From positions 295,551 to 359,550 of the IMG/VR virus record IMGVR_UViG_3300015606_001334: a stretch of 64,000 nt of DNA; one strand, 5' to 3'. Source of the DNA: a virus (taxonomy: Duplodnaviria; Caudoviricetes). Below are positions 11,286 to 19,899 of the stretch, piece after piece. Numbering within the stretch: position 1 is the stretch's first letter; the number at the start of each line of letters is the position of its first letter. A model generated the notes under the pieces. It did no database searches. It was not told the DNA's origin and saw only the letters and a program-made list of their open reading frames with translations. The position numbers and the translations under genes were made by a program.

Positions 11286-11308
11286 TATCATAAGAAATAG
11301 GATACATA

Positions 11309-12553
11309 ATGTCAGAAAACTTAATTTCAAAAGACATAGGAGCTCCAGAGAACGTTTACGTTCCTGTCTATGTTGATACTTCGGGTGTTTATAGACGAAC
11401 ACCTCGCACTGGCTTACTAGATATTGCAGGTATTTACGGATCCAATTTTACTATTGGTGGTAAAGCGGTCATGCTTGCTGACGGTTCATCGTCAGACGGC
11501 TCCGGAGCAATTGATCTACAGACAGTCTACTTTCATTCACAAGCTGTTAATGGTGCAGCAAAGATCAATCTTTCCGCAGGAAAAGACTTTGCAATTTGTG
11601 ACAGCCTTGGAAACTCATACATAACGGTTGACTCAGAAACCGGTAAGGTCACCATTAGCGGTGAAATGTCGGTTATTTCGTCAATTGTCAAATTCACTGG
11701 TGCATACCAAGAGTTTAACCACCTAAACATTCTATCTTCTGACGGAGGTAGAACAGCTCTTCTAGTTGAGCCGTTAAATGGTGTAAACTTTACGACAGAT
11801 GCGGTTCGAATCAGAACTTCAGCATCAGGTCCAGTCGATTTTTCTATCAACGCTCAAGGACAAACATACATCAGAGATTTGATCGTCGATTCTATCGATG
11901 CGAATCTAATTGATGGTGTAGACTTTGCAGCAATCTCTAACCATCTATCACCAACAGCGAGTCCATTTAAGCATTTTGCTTCAGAGATTCGTTATGTACC
12001 AAGCCAGCAAGCTGTTCAAGTATTGAACTTGAACGGTGGACTATCAGTCAATTCAGCACTTGATCAGATAATTGGCACTTTCTCAGGAAGACTTGATACC
12101 CTATCTGCAGCAATCGATTTGATTCTTGCTGATGAGCAATCAGAAACCAGTTTCTTCCAACGAATTGTCAACCTTGAAGGCAATGTCTTTAACATAAATC
12201 AGACATTGTCTACTCAGAGCCAGAGAATCGGCGCAGTTGAAACTGACGTAGCTCAGATCAAAACCCGATTAACTGAGATTGCAACCACCAACCTAACCGG
12301 TATTAATTTTGAACAGATTTCTCCAAGTACAGTTTGGTCGATTTATCACAACACTGGTTCGCCGTATATCCAATATTCGGTTTACGACAGTTCAAACAGA
12401 GCTATTTGGCCAGATGATGCATTTGCTTTAGACGACAATACTTTTGTAATCGTATTTTCAAATGAGCAAGTTGGTAGAGCAATTCTAACTTGTCTCGCTC
12501 CTCCATTAACAACAATCACCGGAGGAGAAATGCCTCCAGTGGCCCCTGCATAA
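11309..12553 (+). CDS. Tail/head fibre-like protein (beta-rich, coiled coil, C-terminal W-x-I-x-H module)
   Basis: 414 aa. Coiled-coil segment, then WSIYHNTG...WPDD...IVF..QVG. Ends PVAPA. Confidence 0.55.
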   Translation: MSENLISKDIGAPENVYVPVYVDTSGVYRRTPRTGLLDIAGIYGSNFTIGGKAVMLADGSSSDGSGAIDLQTVYFHSQAVNGAAKINLSAGKDFAICDSLGNSYITVDSETGKVTISGEMSVISSIVKFTGAYQEFNHLNILSSDGGRTALLVEPLNGVNFTTDAVRIRTSASGPVDFSINAQGQTYIRDLIVDSIDANLIDGVDFAAISNHLSPTASPFKHFASEIRYVPSQQAVQVLNLNGGLSVNSALDQIIGTFSGRLDTLSAAIDLILADEQSETSFFQRIVNLEGNVFNINQTLSTQSQRIGAVETDVAQIKTRLTEIATTNLTGINFEQISPSTVWSIYHNTGSPYIQYSVYDSSNRAIWPDDAFALDDNTFVIVFSNEQVGRAILTCLAPPLTTITGGEMPPVAPA

Positions 12554-12593
12554 GTGCAAAAGTGACAAATATAACTTTTGTAATACGATAAAC

Positions 12594-12624
12594 GTAGTCG
12601 AAAAATTTGATTTTTTTCGACTAC
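12594..12624. terminator. Inverted repeat / probable terminator
   Basis: GTAGTCGAAAAA...TTTTTCGACTAC between 12553 and 12675. Confidence 0.55.
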
Positions 12625-12626
12625 CC

Positions 12627-12634
12627 AATAAATA
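12627..12634 (+). promoter_or_regulatory. Late promoter box AATAAATA
   Basis: Follows the hairpin, 40 nt upstream of ATG 12675. Confidence 0.65.
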
Positions 12635-12674
12635 AGATTATCCTCAAAGGTAATAAACAAATAAGGTATATCAT

Positions 12675-12914
12675 ATGAGTAACACCCCTAGACAAACAAT
12701 TTCGACTAGTGATATAGTGTTAGCCGCAACATTGAAAGTTAAAGGCTTTGTTCTAAATAGAATAGAGAAGAATGGCAACAAGGGTATTTTTATATTCGAT
12801 GATGTTGAGGTCTCAGTTGTTGAAGACTATGATCTTGGTAAATGCCTAGTTGAACCGATTGCTTTCAACAATTCAATTAAAGCTCTCACTACAGCAACTC
12901 GAAGAATTATTTAA
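12675..12914 (+). CDS. Small phage protein, DUF5659-like
   Basis: 79 aa. TSDIVLAATL..KG....F.F pattern, AAGG RBS. Confidence 0.55.
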   Translation: MSNTPRQTISTSDIVLAATLKVKGFVLNRIEKNGNKGIFIFDDVEVSVVEDYDLGKCLVEPIAFNNSIKALTTATRRII

Positions 12915-12944
12915 TATTTTTGCAAAAATCAAGGAGATAAAAAC

Positions 12945-14990
12945 ATGCGTCTAAATGGTAATCTAGTTCTAAACGCAGGCGGCCTATCTGAAATCCAGAA
13001 TGCAGTCGTCGAACGCGTTTCCCAACTACCTTCTTTCTCTGCAGCAGAAAAAGGCCGTTTCGTCTTTCTAACCACCGAAGGTAAAATCTATTACAACGAC
13101 GGCGTTCAGTGGTCCACTCTAGCAACTGGTGGTAACGCAGCTAATCTACAAGCCGAAGTTGACCAACTAGAAGCTTCCCTAGGTAATCTATTTACCCAAG
13201 CTGGCGGTTTCGACAAGAACGGTGCTGCATTCCAACACGAATACACTGGTTCTTCCCTAACCCAACTTCTAGTTCAACTAGACCAGTATCTAGCAACTGC
13301 TGAAGCAGCTACTGCTTCCGAAGCAGATCGTGCAACCGCAGCAGAAGCAGCTCTATCTGCATCTCTAGCAGCTGAAGTTTCCGCACGTCAAGCAGCAGAT
13401 TCGTCCGCCGGCGCAGCTCTAGCAGCTGAAGCATCTGCACGTCAAGCCGCTGATGCAACCCTAACTTCTGATCTAGCATCTGAAGTTTCCCGTGCAACTT
13501 CCGCAGAATCCGCTCTAACTTCTAACCTAGCATCTGAAGTTTCCCGCGCTCAAACTGCTGAAGCAGCTCTACAAGCAGCAATCGATACCGAAGCTTCTGT
13601 TCGCGCAGCAGCAGACGCAGCAGAAACCACCAGCCGTCAAGCAGCTGACGCTTCTAACTACGCAGCTCTAACCGACCAAATCGCTACCGAGACTACCGCT
13701 CGTCTAGCAGGCGACGCAGCTCTAAACACTCGCGCTGATGGTCTACAAGCTGAACTAGATGTTACCCAACTAGGTGCAGGTCTAAACGTTGACGGTACTT
13801 ACACCGCTCCAGCAAACACCACCTACCTAGGCGATTCTACCTCCCTAAAGACCGCTGACGTCGCTCTAGACACCGCAATCAAGGCAGAAAAGGATCGTGC
13901 AGTTGCAGCTGAAGCTTCCCTAGCTTCTGGCCTAGCAAACGAAGCTCAACTTCGCGCTGATGGCGATGCAAACCTACAGTCTCAATTGACCGCATGGGTT
14001 AACACTCAGCTAACTTCTAACCAAGCTGCTGACATCGCAGAAACTTCCGCACGTATCGCAGCTGACGCTGCTCTACAAGCAGAACTAGACGCAACTCAAG
14101 CTTCTATCGGTCTAGATACCAACGGTAACATCATCCCTGTTACTGGTACCAACTACCTAGACGGCATCGCTTCTGTTTTCGCAGGCGCATTCGTTCTAGA
14201 CACCCAAATGAAGATCAACGCAGATGCAATCGCAGCAGAAACTACTGCTCGCCAAGCAGCTGACGCAATCTTCCAATCTAACCTAGATACCGAACGTGAT
14301 GCACGTATCGCTGGCGATCTAGCACTACAAACCGAATTGAATACTACTCAATCCGGCGCTGGTCTAGAAACCGACGGCACCTACGCTGCTCCAACTGGTT
14401 CTAACTATCTTGGTTCTGCAATTTCCCTAAAGGATGCTGATTACATCCTAGACGGCGCAATCAAGAACAACGCTGACGCAATCTCTGCTCTATCTGCATC
14501 TTCTGGTGCAGCTCTATCTGCAGAAACTTCTGCTCGCCAAGCAGCTGACGCAGCTCAAGCAGCTAACCTAGCAGCAGAAACCACCGCACGTCAAGCAGCT
14601 GACGCAGCTATCGCTGCTGATCTAGCAGCTGAAGTTTCCCGTGCTGGTACCGCAGAAGCAGCAATTGCAGCAGATCTAGCATCTGAAGTTACTCGTGCAA
14701 CCGGCGCAGAAGCAGCTATCGCAGCTGATCTAGCTGGTCTAACCACTCGTTTCGAAACCATCTACTTCTTGTACGATGGTGCTTCTGCAACTTCACACTC
14801 CGTTGCTCACGGTTTGAATCAGAAGTACGCAAACGTTACCGTGGTTGATGCAGCAACTGATGAAGTTATCATCCCACAAGCGATCGTCTTCGACGGTCCA
14901 AATGTACTAACTGTTACCCTAAACACCGCTTTGGCAATCAAAGTCGTTGTTATGGCAGTTGGTCCAGCAGCTCCAGTAGCACCAGCTTAA
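12945..14990 (+). CDS. Ala-rich coiled-coil fibre protein
   Basis: 681 aa, strong AAGGAG RBS, E-x-x-A-R-x-A-A-D repeats, extreme codon bias, terminator downstream. Confidence 0.75.
   Translation: MRLNGNLVLNAGGLSEIQNAVVERVSQLPSFSAAEKGRFVFLTTEGKIYYNDGVQWSTLATGGNAANLQAEVDQLEASLGNLFTQAGGFDKNGAAFQHEYTGSSLTQLLVQLDQYLATAEAATASEADRATAAEAALSASLAAEVSARQAADSSAGAALAAEASARQAADATLTSDLASEVSRATSAESALTSNLASEVSRAQTAEAALQAAIDTEASVRAAADAAETTSRQAADASNYAALTDQIATETTARLAGDAALNTRADGLQAELDVTQLGAGLNVDGTYTAPANTTYLGDSTSLKTADVALDTAIKAEKDRAVAAEASLASGLANEAQLRADGDANLQSQLTAWVNTQLTSNQAADIAETSARIAADAALQAELDATQASIGLDTNGNIIPVTGTNYLDGIASVFAGAFVLDTQMKINADAIAAETTARQAADAIFQSNLDTERDARIAGDLALQTELNTTQSGAGLETDGTYAAPTGSNYLGSAISLKDADYILDGAIKNNADAISALSASSGAALSAETSARQAADAAQAANLAAETTARQAADAAIAADLAAEVSRAGTAEAAIAADLASEVTRATGAEAAIAADLAGLTTRFETIYFLYDGASATSHSVAHGLNQKYANVTVVDAATDEVIIPQAIVFDGPNVLTVTLNTALAIKVVVMAVGPAAPVAPA
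13300..14750 (+). repeat. Intragenic coiled-coil repeats plus three LDxTQxGxGLxxxG...TNYL units
   Basis: Repeated GCTGAAGTTTCCCGTGCA / CGTCAAGCAGCTGACGCA-like DNA units. The longer units lie near 13755, 14085 and 14335. Confidence 0.75.
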
Positions 14991-15001
14991 TTTAAGCTCT
15001 G

Positions 15002-15039
15002 AAAATGGCCCGAAACCTTATGGTTCTCGGGCCATTTTT
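15002..15039 (+). terminator. Rho-independent terminator
   Basis: AAAATGGCCCGA...TCGGGCCATTTTT directly after the stop at 14990. Confidence 0.85.
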
Positions 15040-15040
15040 G

Positions 15041-15048
15041 TATAAATA
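15041..15048 (+). promoter_or_regulatory. T4-like late promoter TATAAATA
   Basis: Exact consensus immediately after the terminator. Confidence 0.8.
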
Positions 15049-15095
15049 GGATCATAAAGAAGATTTTCTTTTTCTCCACTAAAAGGGCAAAAATT

Positions 15096-15698
15096 ATGAG
15101 ACATTACGGTAACATCAACCTACAACAAAATGAATTGCAGAACGCAGTCATTCCTCTTGATACTTATTTCCCAGCAAATCCAAAAGTTGGTCAACTAGTT
15201 TTCAAGGCTAAGATTCTTTACATCTGCGTCGAGATCAACAATGGTCTTCCAATCTGGTGTCCATTGACCCAAGAGATTAACACCTACATCCACAATCAAA
15301 CTTTTGCTGCTTCTTCTTGGAACGTTGTTCACAATTTGAACTCCACCGTTCCTCACGTTCAAGTGTTTGGTCAAGATGGCAAGATGGTAATCCCTAACGA
15401 AATCATCGCTATTGACAATGACACTCTATCGATCGAATTTGGTATCCCATTTGCAGGTCGCGCAACTGTCATGATTGGTAATCTAGAAGGTTCAGAACGT
15501 CCTTCTTACGGTTTTGAATACGACCAAACTTCTCCATCTTCAACTTGGACCGTCAACCATGGCTTGGGTTACTACCCATTGGTTCGCGTCTTCGTTGGTA
15601 ACGAAGAAGTTCAGCCAGCTCAAATCATCCACGACTCTGTCAATACTACCCGAATCATCTTCTCTTCTCCATTCGTTGGCGTTGCTAAGTTCATGTAA
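15096..15698 (+). CDS. Virion protein: N-terminal domain paralogous to 12945 plus two W-x-V-x-H-x-L modules
   Basis: 200 aa. MRHYGNINL..NELQNAV resembles MRLNGNLVL...EIQNAV. Modules WNVVHNLN and WTVNHGLG. Confidence 0.6.
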   Translation: MRHYGNINLQQNELQNAVIPLDTYFPANPKVGQLVFKAKILYICVEINNGLPIWCPLTQEINTYIHNQTFAASSWNVVHNLNSTVPHVQVFGQDGKMVIPNEIIAIDNDTLSIEFGIPFAGRATVMIGNLEGSERPSYGFEYDQTSPSSTWTVNHGLGYYPLVRVFVGNEEVQPAQIIHDSVNTTRIIFSSPFVGVAKFM

Positions 15699-15706
15699 TT
15701 GGGAGA

Positions 15707-15937
15707 TTGATCATGTCTAGATACTTTCTTCCGAAGGAATTCATCTTCAATCAAGATACTCCAGCTAGTGTGTGGACTATCAAACATGCTCGTGGTTTTC
15801 CAAGCATTGACATCTACATTACCGAAAATGGTAAGGTTGAAAGAATTATTCCTTTCGAAATCAAATTTATCAGTGAGTCGGTAAGTGAAGTTCACTTCAC
15901 CCGTCCATTTGCTGGATTTGCAAAGATTGTAGGATAA
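15707..15937 (+). CDS. Single-module small virion protein (WTIKHARG); start probably ATG 15713
   Basis: About 74 aa, GGAG RBS, same module as its neighbours. Confidence 0.6.
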   Translation: MIMSRYFLPKEFIFNQDTPASVWTIKHARGFPSIDIYITENGKVERIIPFEIKFISESVSEVHFTRPFAGFAKIVG

Positions 15938-15946
15938 GGAGAAAAC

Positions 15947-16156
15947 ATGAGCTCAAAATCTTTTAGATTCGATACAGCAGCAACCGAGTGGACTGTTACT
16001 CACAATCTAACTCGCACTGTTTGCTCAGATGTTTACATTTTCGATAGTCAAGATCGTCCAGTAAAGGTTTTTCCTTTGGACATCATTAAGATCAGCGAAG
16101 ACGTAATCAAGATCACGTTCTCCAAACCTCAAAAAGGTATGGTGATGGTGTTCTGA
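15947..16156 (+). CDS. Single-module small virion protein (WTVTHNLT)
   Basis: 69 aa, AAGGAG RBS, same module. Confidence 0.65.
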   Translation: MSSKSFRFDTAATEWTVTHNLTRTVCSDVYIFDSQDRPVKVFPLDIIKISEDVIKITFSKPQKGMVMVF

Positions 16157-16176
16157 AACAGAACCCAACACTATGA

Positions 16177-16210
16177 AAAAGGCGATGAATTTTCATCGCC
16201 TTTTATTTTT
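16177..16210 (+). terminator. Rho-independent terminator
   Basis: AAAAGGCGATGA-attt-TCATCGCCTTTT followed by ATTTTT. Confidence 0.85.
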
Positions 16211-16218
16211 CTAAAGAG

Positions 16219-16226
16219 AATAAATA
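16219..16226 (+). promoter_or_regulatory. Late promoter box AATAAATA for the lysis cassette
   Basis: After the terminator and upstream of the AAGGAG RBS. Confidence 0.65.
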
Positions 16227-16229
16227 TCC

Positions 16230-16664
16230 TTGTCAACCTTAAAGGAGATGAGAATGTTTTCTCTACTTAGTTCATTAACTTCCAACGTGAAGCTTATCGT
16301 TGGTGCTGTTATCCTTGCAATCGTTCTAGCTGTCATTGGGACATTTGCTTGGAAGTACAATAGCGCTTTAAACGAAATCAAAGAAACCCAAAACAAAAAC
16401 GTAACTCTAGAAAAAGAAAAATCTGTCCTAGCCCAAGCGAACACTGTAAACCAGAAGACTATTGAGGATATGAAGACTGACTTGGCAGCTAAAGAAAAGA
16501 CAGTTACGGATTTCAGAATTCAAAAAGCTCGTGATGACAAAAAGATTTCCGATTTCCAAGAAATCATTAGGTCTTACTCATCCGATAAAGATGGCCCAAT
16601 TTCTATCGTGCTAAAAGACACCGTTCGTGAAATTCAAAAGGATAGAGAAGGAAGATTAAAATGA
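16230..16664 (+). CDS. i-spanin (Rz-like); true start probably ATG 16254
   Basis: N-terminal TM helix (LIVGAVILAIVLAVIGTFAW) followed by coiled coil. Overlaps the downstream lipoprotein gene. Confidence 0.7.
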   Translation: MSTLKEMRMFSLLSSLTSNVKLIVGAVILAIVLAVIGTFAWKYNSALNEIKETQNKNVTLEKEKSVLAQANTVNQKTIEDMKTDLAAKEKTVTDFRIQKARDDKKISDFQEIIRSYSSDKDGPISIVLKDTVREIQKDREGRLK

Positions 16665-16927
16665 AAAAACTTCTAATTTGTTTATCTGTGGTCTTTATTT
16701 CAGCCTGCACCTGCAATCCTGAAAAACCATCTGAGCCTACGACTACTCATGAGTTGATTACCAAGAAGATCCCTTCAGAACTTCTTGTTATTCCTTCAGC
16801 TCCTCAATCGCCAAATTTGGATGGAACACAAAAGGACATCTCTCTTTGGTTGCTTGAGAATGAGAAGAGAGTAAAGCAGCTAGAAAACCAAATCGATAAG
16901 ATTCGACAGTACAACGAAGGAAAATAA
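16661..16927 (+). CDS. o-spanin (Rz1-like lipoprotein)
   Basis: MKKLLICLSVVFISA-C lipobox signal, Pro-rich IPSELLVIP segment, ATGA overlap with the i-spanin. Confidence 0.7.
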   Translation: MKKLLICLSVVFISACTCNPEKPSEPTTTHELITKKIPSELLVIPSAPQSPNLDGTQKDISLWLLENEKRVKQLENQIDKIRQYNEGK

Positions 16928-16930
16928 GAT

Positions 16931-18580
16931 ATGGGTTGCGATTGCGGTTCAGTAGGTAAGTCTGACTTGTGGACATCAATCCCACAAAGCGCCCTTACCG
17001 AGATGCAATTAGGTGAAGACGTCGAGTGCTACGGCAAAAGAGCTCCAGAAGACACCGACAAGGCTGGACAACCAGAGATTGTTGACAAGATCCGAAATAA
17101 CGCAGTAGTTCCAGACTGTGAAATGAAGATTGACGTTCAATTTGAGCTGACACCTGGATCCCCGTCGTCTAAATTTACTGGGCCAGTAGTATGGAGCATG
17201 GTAGATCCTGATGATCAAACAGGATCCCGTGGAGCTTACACAATTAGTGTCTTGACCTTTACTTCGTCTGGTAAGTTGAGTGGAACAATGGACCCTCAAT
17301 CAGAGGGTAAGAAGTTCAACATTATGATCATTGCAAAGGATTCAAGTAATCCTCCAAAGATCATTGACTCGCGTTCTTATAATTTCAGTCCAAAGAAATG
17401 TACTCCGGGTGCTGACCTAAAATTTATTCATCCTCTACCAGGAGCGAGAACAACCAGTAAATTTGGGCCAAGAACTCCACCAGCGAATGGCGCAAGTAGT
17501 TTCCATAAAGGCGTCGACTTTGCCTATCCAGGCGGAGTCACTAAAGACGTTTTGGCTTCTTGCGACGGCAAAGTAACTAAAGCAGGTGTAGGATCAGGTT
17601 ATGGTAACGTTGTCTATATTCAACACGTTAACGGCTCAGGCAAACCAATGGCTGAAACCCGTTATGCCCACCTTGCTTCAATTTACGTGTCAGTAGGTCA
17701 GCAAGTTTCTGCAGGTCAGCCTGTCGGTAAGGAAGGAAACACCGGCATAGGTACAGGTTGCCATCTCCATTTTGAACTGAGATTGCCTGGCGATGTTGCA
17801 GTAGATCCACTTGAGTACATCAATGGCACGATAACTTCATCGAATTCGGGCACCACGACGAACTCAGACGGTGCTACAGTTCCGGATCCTGGTAATCCAA
17901 CAGGGCAAGCGTCCCAGCACGAGAACGTAAACAAAGCAGTAACAACCGCCAAAGTTGATGCAATCGCTGCAGGTTGTACACAACCGTTGCCAGCTCAGTC
18001 TGTTATTTCTCCAGCTAAAGAGCCAGCAAACGACAAGCCCGCTTTAGCATCATCTCGTGCTCCATGTAAACCTGAATCTGGTCAAAGCCCACCAGTATCT
18101 GAGGTAAAACAACGAATGAGAGCCGTCATGGACAAGCATCCTGAACTGGATGAGAATGACAAAAACTATTTGATGGCTATTGCAAAAATTGAGTCTTCAT
18201 ACGATCCATACGCAAAGAATAAAACTTCTTCGGCTACTGGATTGTTCCAAATGTTGGATTCAACCGCAAATGCTTATTACAAAAAGATCGGCCTTGAAGC
18301 GACTTGTGAAAATCGCTGTGATATCGAAAAGGCAACTGAAGCTGAAATCCTTTTCTACAAAGAAGGAAGCTTAAAGTACTATAATGAGTTCAAGAATAAG
18401 AGAACCCTTGAGCGCAAGAAGCTATCTCCAGATTTGATCGCTAAATACGACGCGCTAACCAAAGCGGAATTTTGCTACGGACTTATTCACCATGATGGAG
18501 TAGGCAATGCTGCAAATGGTGTCGATAAACAGGGCGTAGCAATTGCTAAAGCGAAATTAGGTGGAAGTGGCTTGGCGTAA
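16931..18580 (+). CDS. Peptidoglycan hydrolase: Ig-like + M23 peptidase + lytic transglycosylase (SLT)
   Basis: M23 motifs HKGVD, YAHL and HLHFE. SLT motif IAKIESSYDPYAKN..SSATGLFQ. Confidence 0.85.
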   Translation: MGCDCGSVGKSDLWTSIPQSALTEMQLGEDVECYGKRAPEDTDKAGQPEIVDKIRNNAVVPDCEMKIDVQFELTPGSPSSKFTGPVVWSMVDPDDQTGSRGAYTISVLTFTSSGKLSGTMDPQSEGKKFNIMIIAKDSSNPPKIIDSRSYNFSPKKCTPGADLKFIHPLPGARTTSKFGPRTPPANGASSFHKGVDFAYPGGVTKDVLASCDGKVTKAGVGSGYGNVVYIQHVNGSGKPMAETRYAHLASIYVSVGQQVSAGQPVGKEGNTGIGTGCHLHFELRLPGDVAVDPLEYINGTITSSNSGTTTNSDGATVPDPGNPTGQASQHENVNKAVTTAKVDAIAAGCTQPLPAQSVISPAKEPANDKPALASSRAPCKPESGQSPPVSEVKQRMRAVMDKHPELDENDKNYLMAIAKIESSYDPYAKNKTSSATGLFQMLDSTANAYYKKIGLEATCENRCDIEKATEAEILFYKEGSLKYYNEFKNKRTLERKKLSPDLIAKYDALTKAEFCYGLIHHDGVGNAANGVDKQGVAIAKAKLGGSGLA

Positions 18581-19138
18581 GTGTTCTATTAGAGGATAAT
18601 CCTCTTTCGATTTGAATCTCTTCCAATACTGCGGGTGGTAGAATGTTTTGCATTCCCACCCGTTTTCTTTTGCCCACTTTTCTGCTGTCTTCCCAAGGCA
18701 AATAACTTCTTTAGGATTAACCTCATTGACCATCGATGGATCATTTGGTGAATCGTCAAGATTGTACGCGTTTACCCAAAACAGTTTCGATTCGTCTATT
18801 TTAGCTTTCGCAAGTAGGCGATTCAGCCAACCTGAACAGCCATCGACATCACTGAAAGGATACGAACGCCTGAACGGAGAAGGACCCGCAGGTTTTTCTC
18901 CAATAATCACGATGATGGATCCATTGTTGTTGAAGTTTCCTGCGCAATTTTGAAATTTCTCAGGAATCGATCGGCTCAGGTCGATTCGATTGGATAATCG
19001 GGTGATTAACAGAATGTCGTCTTTGTAAACACTATGCCAATTTCCATCGTACATTAGGCGAGATAGGGCTGCAGCTCTACCGACTTTGAGCCCATTATCT
19101 TCAACGATCTTAAGGAGTTCGACTACTTTTGGGTGCAT
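18557..19138 (-). CDS. Uracil-DNA-glycosylase-superfamily protein
   Basis: IIGEKPAG..PF....G.WL, VICLGKTA and HPQY motifs resemble UDG family 4/5. Confidence 0.6.
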   Translation of the reverse strand: MHPKVVELLKIVEDNGLKVGRAAALSRLMYDGNWHSVYKDDILLITRLSNRIDLSRSIPEKFQNCAGNFNNNGSIIVIIGEKPAGPSPFRRSYPFSDVDGCSGWLNRLLAKAKIDESKLFWVNAYNLDDSPNDPSMVNEVNPKEVICLGKTAEKWAKENGWECKTFYHPQYWKRFKSKEDYPLIEHLRQATST

Positions 19139-19143
19139 ACAAG

Positions 19144-19175
19144 AAAAGAGGGTGATATTTAGTCACCCTCTTTTT
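19144..19175. terminator. Bidirectional-type hairpin terminator
   Basis: AAAAGAGGGTGA-tatttag-TCACCCTCTTTT. Confidence 0.8.
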
Positions 19176-19202
19176 AAACCATTTAGCACGAAACGTAAAC
19201 GA

Positions 19203-19859
19203 TTAGACGTGATCGCTAAACCAGCTTTCAATGAATCCTGCTTTACCTGCTGGATACTTCTTAGGATCATACATCCACATTGCTGAACCATCATCCGGGT
19301 TAATGCAAATGTTGATCTTAACTTGATAGAGCGAGCCAATCAAGATTGGGGAAATCGCGGTAATGAAGTGTGGTCCTGCTGGGAAGATTACCAAGGTACC
19401 AGCTTGAGGAGCAAAGCTAAAGTTGTAAGCTGGGAATTCAAGCTTACCACCATATACCTCTGAACGTGGATCAAGAGGAGCTGTGTCATTGTAGTCTTTT
19501 AACCAAAGAATACCAACCAAATCGATGTCTTTAACCTTTACCCATTTCTTACGCATGAACTTCGAGTTCTCGCAGCCAGGATTCTCAGCCGGAGCTTTTT
19601 GATTCTCTGGGTAATACTGGAAGATCATTTTCTCAGCGCCCTTGAAAGAGCCATCATAACGATCTTCAATTTCGGGAACGATGGTTTTCAGTTTGCTGTA
19701 AATGAAGTCTTCACCTTCCAAGAAGTGTCTTTCCATTTTGATTGGATTGCCGTCTTGATCATAGTTTGGACTCTTAATCTCTATGCTCTTGACCAGCTCT
19801 TGACACTTCTTTGGAGAAACGAATTCTGGATAAATCAAAAATGGGCTTCTAATCGTCAT
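19203..19859 (-). CDS. 2OG-Fe(II) oxygenase-fold protein (metal ligands appear degenerate)
   Basis: LKDYND...YGGKLEFP...PQAGTLVIFP matches the prolyl-hydroxylase-like pattern. The HxD position reads GCE. Confidence 0.6.
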   Translation of the reverse strand: MTIRSPFLIYPEFVSPKKCQELVKSIEIKSPNYDQDGNPIKMERHFLEGEDFIYSKLKTIVPEIEDRYDGSFKGAEKMIFQYYPENQKAPAENPGCENSKFMRKKWVKVKDIDLVGILWLKDYNDTAPLDPRSEVYGGKLEFPAYNFSFAPQAGTLVIFPAGPHFITAISPILIGSLYQVKINICINPDDGSAMWMYDPKKYPAGKAGFIESWFSDHV

Positions 19860-19899
19860 ATAGTGTTTCTTATGTGTTTGGTTATGGTAATGAAGTTAT

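Noticed and set aside
13300-14750. Repeats as a possible CRISPR array or DGR template
   Set aside because: They are degenerate in-frame coding repeats with no spacer structure, and there is no reverse transcriptase in the window.
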